This document shows, piece by piece, positions 38,984-50,048 of a DNA stretch of 64,000 bases; position 1 is the stretch's first letter, and each line of letters opens with the position of its first letter. The notes beneath the pieces were generated by a model, which worked only from the letters and a program-made list of their open reading frames with translations, did no database searches and was not told the DNA's origin. The stretch lies in NCBI GenBank assembly GCA_051532055.1, contig JAOPTX010000007.1, positions 173,212 to 237,211 on the forward strand. The letters are read 5' to 3'. This DNA comes from Fibrobacterales bacterium. GTDB lineage: Bacteria > Fibrobacterota > Fibrobacteria > Fibrobacterales > JAOPTW01. Position numbers and translations under genes: made by a program.

Positions 38984-40816
38984 CTATTTTTTAAAATTGC
39001 CTTCATCTGTTATGAGATAATACCCCGGCTCATCAATCTCAATTGATTGAACGTCACCCTTATCAAATTGATAACCACGCATTTTTACCGATTCAGGTGC
39101 AATAGCACATTCTGAGTCAGAAAGAGAACGTATTGAATACCCATTATTTGAAATAGTCAAATCTTTTATCTCAACCTCAGCGCCTTCTACTGCGCGCACT
39201 ACTAACGCCGCACCACTCTCAATTGTTACATTATCAAGCGTCACTCCACTTCCCTCGACCACGAGGGTTGCATCCGAAGCGATAGTACACTGCTTAAACT
39301 TTTTAACAACCTCACTGACGGAAAGTGCAGTAGACGGTTTAATAACAACTTGTGGCCCCTGATAAGGAAGCCCTAAAAACAGTTGCACCATGCCCTTCTC
39401 CGCTGAGGAGCCAGCAAAGCGAAGTTTTTCACTGTTGCCTACATAATAATCACGTTCTGCAGTTGAAGCACATTCTGGATTACTCCCTCCATCAAACTTA
39501 GCTGCAGCGTCTTGTGCATTATTTTTATTACCACTAAAACTCCACGCTCTATCAAAAAGAGTCACACCAGCTTTGTGCTGGGGTTCAAGTAACTTAGGAT
39601 AATCTTGCATCATAGTTTCGAGACGCGTAGGCTTTTTAAAAGTCTCTTTTGACGCATCTGCATATTTAGGATTTACAAATTCTGCAATAATGCCTTGAGA
39701 CTTATCAAGGATTTCAATATAACTCGAAAGCTTAATAATAAGTGCATTGGTATTACCCGGATACAGAGACAATCCATTTTCATCTGCTACATCGCCTTCT
39801 GGGCTAATAGTAGCTCTCAAAAGGGGGTCAAGTTGATTGTACTCAACATTAAGAGAAAGTGAGTGGTCGCCTTTTACCAATTTAGTTAATGCACCAACAG
39901 CCTCTCCAGGAATCCTTGTTGCCCCAGCGATATTAAAATCATAATCATGCTTTATTGAGGCGCCTAAAAAAGCAGGTGCCGCATTCATTATTTGACCATT
40001 GGTATCTTGAATAAAGAGGAGATACTCTGTCCCTCCTCCATGGAGTTTCTTTGCCAGACCACTACTGTGAATGAGCATATGTACATCACCATGACCATGA
40101 GGCTTCATATCAAGGTCATACCGCTCATTCAACGCAAGACCCCCATCATTATTTACAATGGCAGGGACAAGTTCTTGCATGAGCAAATGTATCTGTTCCT
40201 GCTTAAGGCCAAAATAATTATGTCGTTCTAACGATGCGACAGTCTGTTCATGAGTATCTTTTGAAGTCATGATTATAAAAGGTATTGAACACACCTCTAC
40301 AGAACGTTGTTCCATTGCTTTAATCGTTTCACAATAATACTGGAGATACGTCTGACCCGTGATTCCCTCAAAAGGAATATCAATCTTAATTCCACCGTAT
40401 CCTAAGCGCTCTCCAAGACCTCCAGCAACCAGCACAAAGCCCACTTTATCATATGCCGATTCAGCATATGATTCATATTCAAGATATGTCTCATTAAGTT
40501 CTCTAAGATCTACTCCATCAGGTTTTTCGGGTACATACCCTTCAAATGGGTTTGCACCACTTTTAGATGCGGCCAATAATCGCTGAGCATTAGCAATATA
40601 CTGAGTAAGGCCACCTGAATATGAGCCATTAACTCGTACCAATGTCTGTATAAAAGCTTTTTTCTTGTCGTCGCTTATACCCAAATCATCCCAATCGGAA
40701 AAAAGGTGCACATTGCTATTACTACAAAGAAAAGCGATCAAATCCAACTCACTCTTGCTAAAGAGTGAAGCGTTAGTACCAAGTACCGTTGTAGCAATAG
40801 TGTTGTCTGACGACAT
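38984..40816 (-). CDS. UDP-sugar pyrophosphorylase (eukaryote-type USP, UDPGP family)
   Basis: ~610 aa. Nucleotide-binding loop VLVAGGLGERLGYGGIKIDIP matches the plant/trypanosomatid USP signature as I recall it. The ATG at 40816 is preceded by GAGGAA; the track GTG at 40828 lies inside that ribosome-binding site. Confidence 0.7.
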   Translation of the reverse strand: MSSDNTIATTVLGTNASLFSKSELDLIAFLCSNSNVHLFSDWDDLGISDDKKKAFIQTLVRVNGSYSGGLTQYIANAQRLLAASKSGANPFEGYVPEKPDGVDLRELNETYLEYESYAESAYDKVGFVLVAGGLGERLGYGGIKIDIPFEGITGQTYLQYYCETIKAMEQRSVEVCSIPFIIMTSKDTHEQTVASLERHNYFGLKQEQIHLLMQELVPAIVNNDGGLALNERYDLDMKPHGHGDVHMLIHSSGLAKKLHGGGTEYLLFIQDTNGQIMNAAPAFLGASIKHDYDFNIAGATRIPGEAVGALTKLVKGDHSLSLNVEYNQLDPLLRATISPEGDVADENGLSLYPGNTNALIIKLSSYIEILDKSQGIIAEFVNPKYADASKETFKKPTRLETMMQDYPKLLEPQHKAGVTLFDRAWSFSGNKNNAQDAAAKFDGGSNPECASTAERDYYVGNSEKLRFAGSSAEKGMVQLFLGLPYQGPQVVIKPSTALSVSEVVKKFKQCTIASDATLVVEGSGVTLDNVTIESGAALVVRAVEGAEVEIKDLTISNNGYSIRSLSDSECAIAPESVKMRGYQFDKGDVQSIEIDEPGYYLITDEGNFKK

Positions 40817-41001
40817 AAGGTTCCTCACTACTCAAAATGAGCTTCTGGGACTGTATATTAGCGAATAGGAGAAATATAGTTCTCCTCACTCCAAGAGACA
40901 AGAAGAGTTGCCGATGAAAAGGACTTTTTACAATGAGAATTACAGAGTTTGGCTTCCTGGAAACGTGTAAACAACTAATAATATTAAAAAAGTCCAATCA
41001 A

Positions 41002-41484
41002 CTACTTCATAAGCGTATCTACTGCACCGAGAAGCTTTTTCTTATCATCATCTTCAAAACCTTCAACTTTGAGTACCAGCTCACCCTTTGCATCAAAAAT
41101 AAAGATCGAGGGAAGTGAAAACACCTCAAGCTCTTCTGCTAACCGGCTTCCTTGCCCTGCAAGAAGAGTCGGGTATTCAATATTATTTTTGATCATATAA
41201 CTGATCACTTTATTACGTCTCTTTTTCTCAGTATTAATACCAATTGCCGCAAACGCTTTATTCTCATACTTTTTCTGTAATTCGTTGAGCACAGGAATCA
41301 CTTTTTTACAGCTCAAACACCATGTTGCCCAGAAGTCAATTATTAAAACCTTCCCCTCAAACTCCTTTGAAGAGACCACCATATCATCAATATCCTTAAA
41401 GGCAAACTTCGGCATCATCTGCTTCTCTTGAGCAGACAAAGAGGTCCCTATAAAGAGACAAAACAATAGAACTATTTTAATCAC
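41002..41484 (-). CDS. secreted thioredoxin-fold protein (TlpA/ResA-like)
   Basis: Signal peptide and WCLSC active site (FWATWCLSCKK). The AGGAG ribosome-binding site is spaced correctly for the GTG at 41484 rather than the TTG at 41490. Confidence 0.75.
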   Translation of the reverse strand: MIKIVLLFCLFIGTSLSAQEKQMMPKFAFKDIDDMVVSSKEFEGKVLIIDFWATWCLSCKKVIPVLNELQKKYENKAFAAIGINTEKKRRNKVISYMIKNNIEYPTLLAGQGSRLAEELEVFSLPSIFIFDAKGELVLKVEGFEDDDKKKLLGAVDTLMK

Positions 41485-41739
41485 CGACAACTCCTTAATC
41501 GATAAAATTCAACCTCAATAATATATACTCTATTGCTATTTCTCATTCATAAAGAATTACATATATTGCTGATTTTGGGTACAAAAACGAACTTGTTACA
41601 GCTTGTAATATTAACAAAGCCTAATAGTCATTTCTCTTTTATTACCTGATAATTAGGGCAATATTACTATTATAGGGGTTAACGTGATATTCAGGGAGTC
41701 TGACTCTCCCGACAGAGTGTAAAGGGTTAAAATTTATCA

Positions 41740-43011
41740 ATGAATGTTACTCCCGAAAGACATACATGTATTCTTGGTATGAATCATTCAACCGCATCAA
41801 TTGATAAGCGGGACAGTCTCCTTTTTGCCCAAGGTGAACGTTCAGAAGTACTCGACCGATTTGCCTCAATTACCGGGGTAAAAGAGGTCATCCTCATATC
41901 CACGTGTAATAGAACTGAAGTCTATGTAATAGTAGACCGCGACCCAAACCTACTCTATGAACGTTTTCTCAACTGTTGGCTCGATTTCAAATCCCTTGAT
42001 CGCACCATTTTTGAAGAGTGTTACTATTTTCATGCACACGAAAAAGCTATTGAGCACCTCTTTAGAGTTGCCTGTTCACTGGATAGCCTTATTGTAGGTG
42101 AAGTACAAATTCTTGGCCAAATCAAACAAGCCTACCACTTTTCAAAAGCTGAGAAAACCACTGACCTTTACCTTAATCGTCTCTTCCAGGAAGCTATTAA
42201 AATCGGTAAACGAGCAAGAACTGAGACCGGAATCAGCAAAGGTGCCGTATCTATAAGTTACGCCGCTGTTGAACTTCTCCGTAAAAAAATACCGCAATTA
42301 AGTTCATCACGAGTCGGTATTATTGGTACAGGCAAAATGGGTGAACTCTCTGTGAAGTCACTCATTGACAATGGAGTTACCTCCATGCATTTTATCAATA
42401 GAACATACTCCAGGGCAGAAGAAATGGCCGAAGTATACAATGGCCATGCATGGCCATTAGAAGACCTTACAAAAGCTATAAAACACCTCGACATTGTCAT
42501 TAGTAGCGTCGGTTCCAAAGAGCCGATTATTACAAATGAAACTATTACCGCAGCCAATCCAGATAAAGAACTGATTATTGTTGATATCGCTGCACCACGA
42601 AACGTTGCTGCAACTGTCAACGACCTTGATGGCATTTCTGTCTATGACATCGATGACCTCAAACTCATAGTTGATGAAAACATTGGCAAACGTCAAACTG
42701 AAATCGACCAAGTCGAAGTAATCATCCAAGAAGAGCTTGAAGGCTTCTATGCCTGGTATAGTGCTCAAGAGATTGTTCCTGTTCTTAAAGCAATGCGCCT
42801 CCACATTCAGGATATCGCCCACAACGAACTCAAATCACTCGAGAATCAACTCGACGACAAAGAGTACGATGCTGTCAAACAGGCAATCCACACCCTCACC
42901 AACAAAATCCTCCACACTCCTTCCCGCGCTCTCAAGCAGATGTGCACCGAAGGCCGCACCGAAGAAGCGGCACGCTACGCCAAAGAACTCTTCGGCCTCA
43001 AAGTAGACTAA
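41740..43011 (+). CDS. hemA: glutamyl-tRNA reductase
   Basis: STCNRTEVY active-site motif, GxGxxG NADPH site (IIGTGKMG); 423 aa. Confidence 0.9.
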   Translation: MNVTPERHTCILGMNHSTASIDKRDSLLFAQGERSEVLDRFASITGVKEVILISTCNRTEVYVIVDRDPNLLYERFLNCWLDFKSLDRTIFEECYYFHAHEKAIEHLFRVACSLDSLIVGEVQILGQIKQAYHFSKAEKTTDLYLNRLFQEAIKIGKRARTETGISKGAVSISYAAVELLRKKIPQLSSSRVGIIGTGKMGELSVKSLIDNGVTSMHFINRTYSRAEEMAEVYNGHAWPLEDLTKAIKHLDIVISSVGSKEPIITNETITAANPDKELIIVDIAAPRNVAATVNDLDGISVYDIDDLKLIVDENIGKRQTEIDQVEVIIQEELEGFYAWYSAQEIVPVLKAMRLHIQDIAHNELKSLENQLDDKEYDAVKQAIHTLTNKILHTPSRALKQMCTEGRTEEAARYAKELFGLKVD

Positions 43012-43125
43012 ATAAAAAATTGAGAATACAAAATTTTACTTAAATAGAAAAAGTGAAATTTTCAAATAGCATTTCCAACAAATATTTCAATCTTTAGACA
43101 AGATATCGCCCAAGTAAGCAAAGCG

Positions 43126-43147
43126 ATAAAAACCGAGCTATTCTCGG
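43126..43147 (-). terminator. rho-independent terminator of the thi operon
   Basis: The minus strand reads CCGAG-AATAG-CTCGG followed by TTTTTAT (plus aaaaaccgagctattctcgg). Confidence 0.6.
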
Positions 43148-43194
43148 AAGTATGCTGAAAATCAGACAAAGAATTATATCTGAATTCACTCATG

Positions 43195-43299
43195 CCTCGA
43201 AGGATAAGAGGGAATTCAGATGAGGCGTTTTGTTTGAATGCGTACACTAGTACGTCGAAGGCAAAAGAACGAAATATGAATCGCTCTTATCCTTCGAGG
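43195..43299. other. ~100-nt structured intergenic element, copy B: perfect 16-bp outer stem whose right arm contains the thiH stop codon
   Basis: CCTCGAAGGATAAGAG (43195-43210) pairs with CTCTTATCCTTCGAGG (43284-43299). The core holds GAATTCAGA and GCGTACactaGTACGT, and aligns with copy A at 31534-31636. Confidence 0.4.
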
Positions 43300-44411
43300 G
43301 CGATGTCCCAGTCCTTCCAAACTACATCATACCCTTGCGATTTGATAACACTCTCTATCTCAGCAGGAGTCCGCTCATCAGAAATAGAGAACTGTTCAAC
43401 TGCCTCCTCATCAAGAGCATAGCCACCTGGATCTGTTTTAGAACCCGCACTAACTGTGGTAACACCAAGCTTAAAGGTATTATCTCTAAAGAAGGGCTTT
43501 TCTCGTGTAGACATTGAGAGTTCTACATCTTCATTAAAGATCCGATAGGCACAAAGGAGCTGGAGAAATTGCCGATCATCAAGCTGTGATGCAGGAGATT
43601 GCAATCCTTCCGCTGGCCTCAATCTCGGAAACGAAAGCGAGTAACGGGTTCGCCAATATGTTTTCTCTAAGTAATCTAAATGAAGTGCAGTAAAAAACGA
43701 GTCAGTACGCCAATCTTTTTCGAGCCCAAGAAGTGCACCAATACCGATTTTTCTCACATGGGCACGCCCCAATCTATCAGGCGTATCAAGACGATACTCA
43801 AAATCTGTCTTTTTTCCCTTAAGATGATAGAGTGAATAATTTTCTTTATGATAAGTTTCTTGATAGACCATTACCGCACTGACACCTAGTGCAATCAACT
43901 GTTCATACTCGCCCTGATCCATGGGTTGTACTTCAATTGATATATGTGAAAAGTACGGACGAATCAAACGAATCACATCTTTAAAGTAATCAACGCCTAC
44001 TTTCTTTTTTGACTCACCGGTAACCAAAAGAACATGGTCGAAACCAAGGCTTTTAATGACTGAAACCTCTTGCATAATTTGATCATGATTCAAAGTCAGT
44101 CTATCCAATTTGTTATTACTACTAAAACCACAGTACGAACAGGCATTACTACACTCATTTGAGAGATAAAGGGGAATATACATCTGTATGGTTTTCCCAA
44201 AGCGCTTTTGCGTCAATTTATTACTCAGTTGAGCCATCTGTTCAAGATACGGTGCTGCAGCTGGCGAAATAAGAGCCATAAAATCTTCAAGTGTTCCACG
44301 ACCTGCACGAGACAACGCCCCTCGTACATCTGCGTCACTTTTTGATTCAATTTTTTCTGTTACTGCATCCCAATCATACTGTGCATGGGTCTCTATAAAT
44401 GATCTATTCAT
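43287..44411 (-). CDS. thiH: 2-iminoacetate synthase (tyrosine lyase, radical SAM)
   Basis: Radical-SAM cluster motif CSNACSYCGF; 374 aa; last gene of the thi operon. Confidence 0.9.
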   Translation of the reverse strand: MNRSFIETHAQYDWDAVTEKIESKSDADVRGALSRAGRGTLEDFMALISPAAAPYLEQMAQLSNKLTQKRFGKTIQMYIPLYLSNECSNACSYCGFSSNNKLDRLTLNHDQIMQEVSVIKSLGFDHVLLVTGESKKKVGVDYFKDVIRLIRPYFSHISIEVQPMDQGEYEQLIALGVSAVMVYQETYHKENYSLYHLKGKKTDFEYRLDTPDRLGRAHVRKIGIGALLGLEKDWRTDSFFTALHLDYLEKTYWRTRYSLSFPRLRPAEGLQSPASQLDDRQFLQLLCAYRIFNEDVELSMSTREKPFFRDNTFKLGVTTVSAGSKTDPGGYALDEEAVEQFSISDERTPAEIESVIKSQGYDVVWKDWDIALEG

Positions 44412-44445
44412 GTTCTCTCTCTAGCGATTTTAGTAGTGACAATTC

Positions 44446-45225
44446 TTAACCTAAAAAACCTGTTAACGATTCCATTGGGCTGGTAGCATGGGCGACATCT
44501 TGAACTTCACCAAGACCAGCTTCATAGGCAGTACGCCCTGCTTCAATTGCCAAAGCAAAAGCGCGGCCCATCTTAACAGGGTCGCTCGCAACAGCTATAG
44601 CGGTATTAACCAAACATGCATCTGCACCCATCTCCATCGCCTCTGCAGCATGAGAAGGGGCACCAATTCCTGCGTCCACAATAACGGGTACTCTACTCTG
44701 TTCTATAATAATTTTCAAAAATTCTTTTGATGCAAGGCCTTTATTAGTACCAATAGGTGCACCGAGGGGCATTACTGCTTGAGCCCCCACCTCTTCGAGT
44801 CGTTTTGCAAGGACAGGGTCGGCATGCATATAGGGAAGTACAATAAACCCCTCTTTTACCAATTGCTCTGTCGCAATAAGGGTCTCTACCGGATCGGGCA
44901 TGAGGTATTTAGGATCAGGATGTATTTCAAGTTTAATCCAGTTAGTCTCAAGAGCTTCTCTTGCAAGCTTCGCTGAGAAAAGTGCCTCTTTCGCATTCCT
45001 GACCCCTGATGTATTAGGGAGAAGGTTGAATTGAGGATGCTTGATTAAATGTTCCAAGATCGGGTCTTTTTTACCTTGTACATCAACGCGTTTTAGGGCA
45101 ACGGTAACGAGCTCCGACCCACTTGCTAATAGGGCTTCTTCCATGTTCTCTGCACTACTAAACTTACCAGTTCCGGTAAAAAGCCTTGATTGTAATGTCT
45201 TATTTCCAATATATAATGGTTCCAT
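44446..45225 (-). CDS. thiG: thiazole synthase
   Basis: Typical ThiG sequence ([38 protein letters not shown]). The ATG at 45225 (MEPLYIGNK) gives the normal ~259 aa. Confidence 0.9.
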   Translation of the reverse strand: MEPLYIGNKTLQSRLFTGTGKFSSAENMEEALLASGSELVTVALKRVDVQGKKDPILEHLIKHPQFNLLPNTSGVRNAKEALFSAKLAREALETNWIKLEIHPDPKYLMPDPVETLIATEQLVKEGFIVLPYMHADPVLAKRLEEVGAQAVMPLGAPIGTNKGLASKEFLKIIIEQSRVPVIVDAGIGAPSHAAEAMEMGADACLVNTAIAVASDPVKMGRAFALAIEAGRTAYEAGLGEVQDVAHATSPMESLTGFLG

Positions 45226-45294
45226 TGTATAACCTCCGGTTACTTGAACATTTAAAAAATTAAGGGTCGAGCAATTGCACATCCCTCACATATT

Positions 45295-45915
45295 TTATTG
45301 ATCAACCTTCTTAATAATTTCTTTCATAATTCCCACTCTATCTTCTGCGGTATTGACTACTGAACAGAGTGCAAATCCATAAGCGCCTGTTGCCAATACA
45401 TCAGAAATGTCATCAGGAACAATTCCGCCAATAGCTATAACCGGTATTTCCGGTAGTGCCCAAGCAATTTCTTTGACACCTTCTGCACCCATCACTGGGG
45501 CAAGGTTCTCTTTTGTTGTCGTAAATTTATAAGGGCCAATACCCAAATAATCAATATCAAATTCAGCCATCGCTTTAGCATCTGCTAAAGAATTTGCTGT
45601 TGCCCCAATAATTGCATGAGGCCCAAGCTCATTTCGAGCAAGGTCGGGGCGCATATCGTTTTTACCAATATGCACTCCATCAGCACCTATCTCTTTTGCG
45701 AGAGGGACATTATCATTGATTATAAAGGTTGCACCGTATTTTTTACAGACCACCTGAACTGCCAAAGCTGTTTCAGTCTGTTCTGACTCAGGTACTTTTT
45801 TCATACGGATCTGTACCCAAGTTGCCCCACCTTTACACGCCTCTTCTGCTAGAGCTGCATGGGTCATGCCAACTATTCCGTCTTGAGTTAGGTAGTGTAC
45901 TTTTGCTATTTCCAT
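45295..45915 (-). CDS. thiE: thiamine-phosphate synthase
   Basis: 206 aa, TIM-barrel ThiE pattern (IINDNVPLAKEIGADGVHIG, YLGIGPYKFTTTK, VIAIGGI). Confidence 0.85.
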   Translation of the reverse strand: MEIAKVHYLTQDGIVGMTHAALAEEACKGGATWVQIRMKKVPESEQTETALAVQVVCKKYGATFIINDNVPLAKEIGADGVHIGKNDMRPDLARNELGPHAIIGATANSLADAKAMAEFDIDYLGIGPYKFTTTKENLAPVMGAEGVKEIAWALPEIPVIAIGGIVPDDISDVLATGAYGFALCSVVNTAEDRVGIMKEIIKKVDQ

Positions 45916-46685
45916 TTATGATACCCCAACATACTTTCATTTGAAGCAAGGAGTTCTTCAACATACTCCTTGGCCATTTTACATGCATCATTTAATTCTG
46001 CGCCCAGTGCAAGATGTGCCAATACTGCTGAAGAGTAGACACACCCCGAACCATGTTTCGGACTCAGCTTTTCGCCACTGCCAGAAATTTGATATATCTG
46101 CTCTAACCGAATCAATCGGTCACAATAATTATCACTTTCTATATGCCCCCCTTTCAGGAGAACATTCGTGTGTTTACTTAACTCTTTGGCATACCCAAGG
46201 GCATCACTCCCTGCAATATGTTCCATCTCAGTCCAATTTGGAGTAATAGCATACAGGGATTTGCAAGTGGACTCTAAAGCCCCTTTATGAAAAGCAGAAT
46301 GTATTTCAAAACCAGCACTCGCTTTAATTATCGGATCCCAAATGATATGCACTCGTGGATTTTTTTCGTACAAGTGGTCAATTATGAGATTCAATACTTC
46401 AATATTTTGTACTAACCCAATTTTTACATACTCAAAAGCGAAGTCCAACACATCTATTTGACGCTTAATTTCTTTTGAACTATACCAAGTCAAATCGTTA
46501 AACTCAGTATCGTTTTGATAGGTCATTGCAGTCACCACAGAAAAGCCATAGACACCATGTGCTTCATAGGTTTTTATATCAGCAAGTGCACCTGCGCCGC
46601 TAGAGGGGTCAAAACCCGCAATGGAAAGTACTTTAGGTCGATGTAAACCATTATATCGAGCCACTAAGTACCTCCGCTGTATCAA
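45906..46685 (-). CDS. thiD: hydroxymethylpyrimidine / phosphomethylpyrimidine kinase
   Basis: VLSIAGFDPSSGAGALADIKT N-terminal motif and a C-terminal GSGCVYSSA anion-hole motif. Confidence 0.85.
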   Translation of the reverse strand: MIQRRYLVARYNGLHRPKVLSIAGFDPSSGAGALADIKTYEAHGVYGFSVVTAMTYQNDTEFNDLTWYSSKEIKRQIDVLDFAFEYVKIGLVQNIEVLNLIIDHLYEKNPRVHIIWDPIIKASAGFEIHSAFHKGALESTCKSLYAITPNWTEMEHIAGSDALGYAKELSKHTNVLLKGGHIESDNYCDRLIRLEQIYQISGSGEKLSPKHGSGCVYSSAVLAHLALGAELNDACKMAKEYVEELLASNESMLGYHKWK

Positions 46686-47238
46686 TTATTTTTGCCATCT
46701 CTGCTACCGGCTTTTTACTACCCCAAAGAGCGCCAAGCACTGCCGCACCTTTAAAGCCATACCCATAAACATCTTCAAGCCTTTCAACCGAAACACCACC
46801 AAGAGCATATACCTTTTTAAGATTTGGCTTACGAAGACACTCATCATTGAACTGCGCCTTATATCCCTCTTTTGATATACTATCAAAAATGGGACTTAAG
46901 AACATATAGTCTAACTCATTACCAAATTTTTCAATCTCTATGAGACTATGACAAGAACGGCTTAACGAGCGAACTGACTTCTTTAATGCAAAATTAGTCT
47001 GCTTGCTTTTAAGATGTACCCCACCAAACAGTTCGGTAAAAGGCCAGTGCTTGAGGTCGTGTAACACCAATTTCTTACGGTACGATTTTTGAAATGACTC
47101 CAAAAAAGGTACCAACTGTTTTGGGGTCCAGTTCGGCTTTCGGATATGAAACTTATAGGCCCCAAGATCCAGCATCTCTTCAATTAAAGAGACTTCATTT
47201 TCAATTGTGGCGGGCGATGTTATTCCTATTATATTCAT
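46651..47238 (-). CDS. tenI: second ThiE/TenI-family protein (thiazole tautomerase-like or divergent thiamine-phosphate synthase)
   Basis: 195 aa with ThiE-fold features (YMFLSPIFDS..., YALGGVS). Sits between thiC and thiD, with a canonical thiE also present. Confidence 0.6.
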   Translation of the reverse strand: MNIIGITSPATIENEVSLIEEMLDLGAYKFHIRKPNWTPKQLVPFLESFQKSYRKKLVLHDLKHWPFTELFGGVHLKSKQTNFALKKSVRSLSRSCHSLIEIEKFGNELDYMFLSPIFDSISKEGYKAQFNDECLRKPNLKKVYALGGVSVERLEDVYGYGFKGAAVLGALWGSKKPVAEMAKIIDTAEVLSGSI

Positions 47239-47322
47239 ATGGTATTGGCGCTTTCAAAACGAAATGCTATAGATCTGGTTCTTAAAGCACAATGCACTCT
47301 AAGAGCCAGATCTTTTCAATTA

Positions 47323-49176
<1,854 letters not shown>

Positions 49177-49196
49177 TTATGGGTTTAAAATTCTGG

Positions 49197-49400
49197 TTAT
49201 CCACCCTGTGTTGCTTGAATAAGCAATACAGAATCACTCTCATTTAACTGAGCTGTTGCCCAGTCAGAGCGGGATATAATTTCTTCGTTCACCGCAATCG
49301 CCGTACCGTTAAGTGCATCAGCTCTATGTTCTTTGAGCAGATCAAGCACTGTAGCACCATCGGCTAGAGTATACGGATTTTCATTGAGTGAGATAATCAT
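49197..49400 (-). CDS. thiS: sulfur-carrier protein ThiS
   Basis: 67 aa ending in ...ATQGG (C-terminal Gly-Gly). First gene after the TPP riboswitch. Confidence 0.85.
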   Translation of the reverse strand: MIISLNENPYTLADGATVLDLLKEHRADALNGTAIAVNEEIISRSDWATAQLNESDSVLLIQATQGG

Positions 49401-49403
49401 TGT

Positions 49404-49492
49404 CCTCCCTTCGTCTTCATTACAAGCATCAGGTTATAAGGGTCTGTTCTCAGCCATCTTGACAACGTCAGTAGGCACCCCTGGTTTTGATG
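49404..49492 (-). promoter_or_regulatory. TPP (thiamine pyrophosphate) riboswitch
   Basis: The minus strand reads CCAGGGGTGCCTACTGACGTTGTCAAGATGGCTGAGAACAGACCCTTATAACCTGATGCTTGTAATGAAGACGAAGGGAGGACA-ATG. The conserved GGGGTGC, CTGAGA, ACCCTT..AACCTGAT and GGGA elements are present. The 3' part includes the thiS ribosome-binding site. Confidence 0.9.
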
Positions 49493-49643
49493 GATAAAAG
49501 ATAGTCAAACCCCACTGATTTTTCACCAGCTAAGCCACTTAGACCCCTAATTTACACGTTTGTGTATCAAAACACCCTTTTTAGCCTAAAACAGTAGAAT
49601 GCTAGAAATGAACACCATTTCATACTATCTTTGAGGCTTAATT

Positions 49644-49717
49644 GCTCTCGTGGCTTAGCTGGATAAAGCGTTGGCCTCCGAAGCCGAAGACCACAGGTTC
49701 GAATCCTGTCGGGAGCA
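49644..49717 (+). tRNA. tRNA-Arg (anticodon CCG)
   Basis: Cloverleaf read by hand. Acceptor GCTCTCG pairs with CGGGAGC. D-arm contains AGCTGGATAA. Anticodon loop CT-CCG-AA. T-arm CACAGGTTCGAATCCTGTC. Discriminator A; no encoded CCA. Confidence 0.9.
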
Positions 49718-49722
49718 TTTAT

Positions 49723-49752
49723 AAAAGGTGTCCCAACGGGATGCCTTTTCTT
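49723..49752 (+). terminator. rho-independent terminator after tRNA-Arg
   Basis: AAAAGGTGTCCC-AAC-GGGATGCCTTTT hairpin (two wobble pairs) followed by a T-rich run. Confidence 0.6.
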
Positions 49753-49985
49753 ATACACTCTTGTAGGAGAGAAACTGTATGATTCGATATAACTGCGAGC
49801 TAGTGAGTAGTTATCGCACGACCCAAAGGGCGTGTCCGAAAAATATACGCTTTTTCTATTATAGTTTTGAATGAAAGAAACTGAGAACTGGCGAGCAGCT
49901 TGGGCTTAACCATAGAAACATTTTTTATTTTCAAATATTTATCCACCCTAACGAATACATTCTGACAACAAATACTTTAACTACA

Positions 49986-50016
49986 ACAAAAAAGGCCCCG
50001 GTTTTCACCAGAGCCT
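49986..50016 (-). terminator. rho-independent terminator of flgM
   Basis: The minus strand reads GGCTCTGG-TGAAAA-CCGGGGCC followed by TTTTTTG, about 30 nt after the flgM stop. Confidence 0.65.
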
Positions 50017-50048
50017 TTAAAAAAATCGAGCAATGTCCTTTTAATATC

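Noticed and set aside
40868-40888. Hairpin GGAGAA-atatag-TTCTCC, and the 9-bp inverted repeat GGACTTTTT/AAAAAGTCC (40921-40995), in the gap between the TlpA-like gene and the USP gene.
   Set aside because: The first lacks a U-tract in the transcribed (minus) orientation, so it is not a convincing terminator. The second has a 57-nt loop and only loose resemblance to the A/B elements, so it is mentioned under that finding rather than called as a feature.
41691-41712. Palindrome GAGTC-T-GACTC, nested in GGGAG...CTCCC, about 35 nt upstream of hemA, and a GGGTTAA direct repeat (41677 and 41723). Considered as an operator or leader structure.
   Set aside because: Short (5-bp half-sites), a single occurrence, and no matching regulator or known motif. 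This could easily be chance; noted only.
43062-43422. ORFs 43062-43247 (-) and 43192-43422 (+) in the hemA/thiH convergent gap.
   Set aside because: They run through the terminator hairpin and the inverted-repeat element, and the plus-strand ORF is antisense into thiH. The inverted-repeat structure explains this region better than coding capacity does.
49567-49758. 63-aa minus-strand ORF in the track.
   Set aside because: It is antisense across tRNA-Arg(CCG) (49644-49717) and its terminator. The tRNA cloverleaf explains the sequence.
49760-49860. Possible third copy of the 31534/43195 element family (shares GATTC.A...GCGAGC-like bits).
   Set aside because: It lacks the long outer inverted repeat, the GCGTACA-N-GTAC core, and stop-codon adjacency. 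The similarity is too weak to claim by eye.
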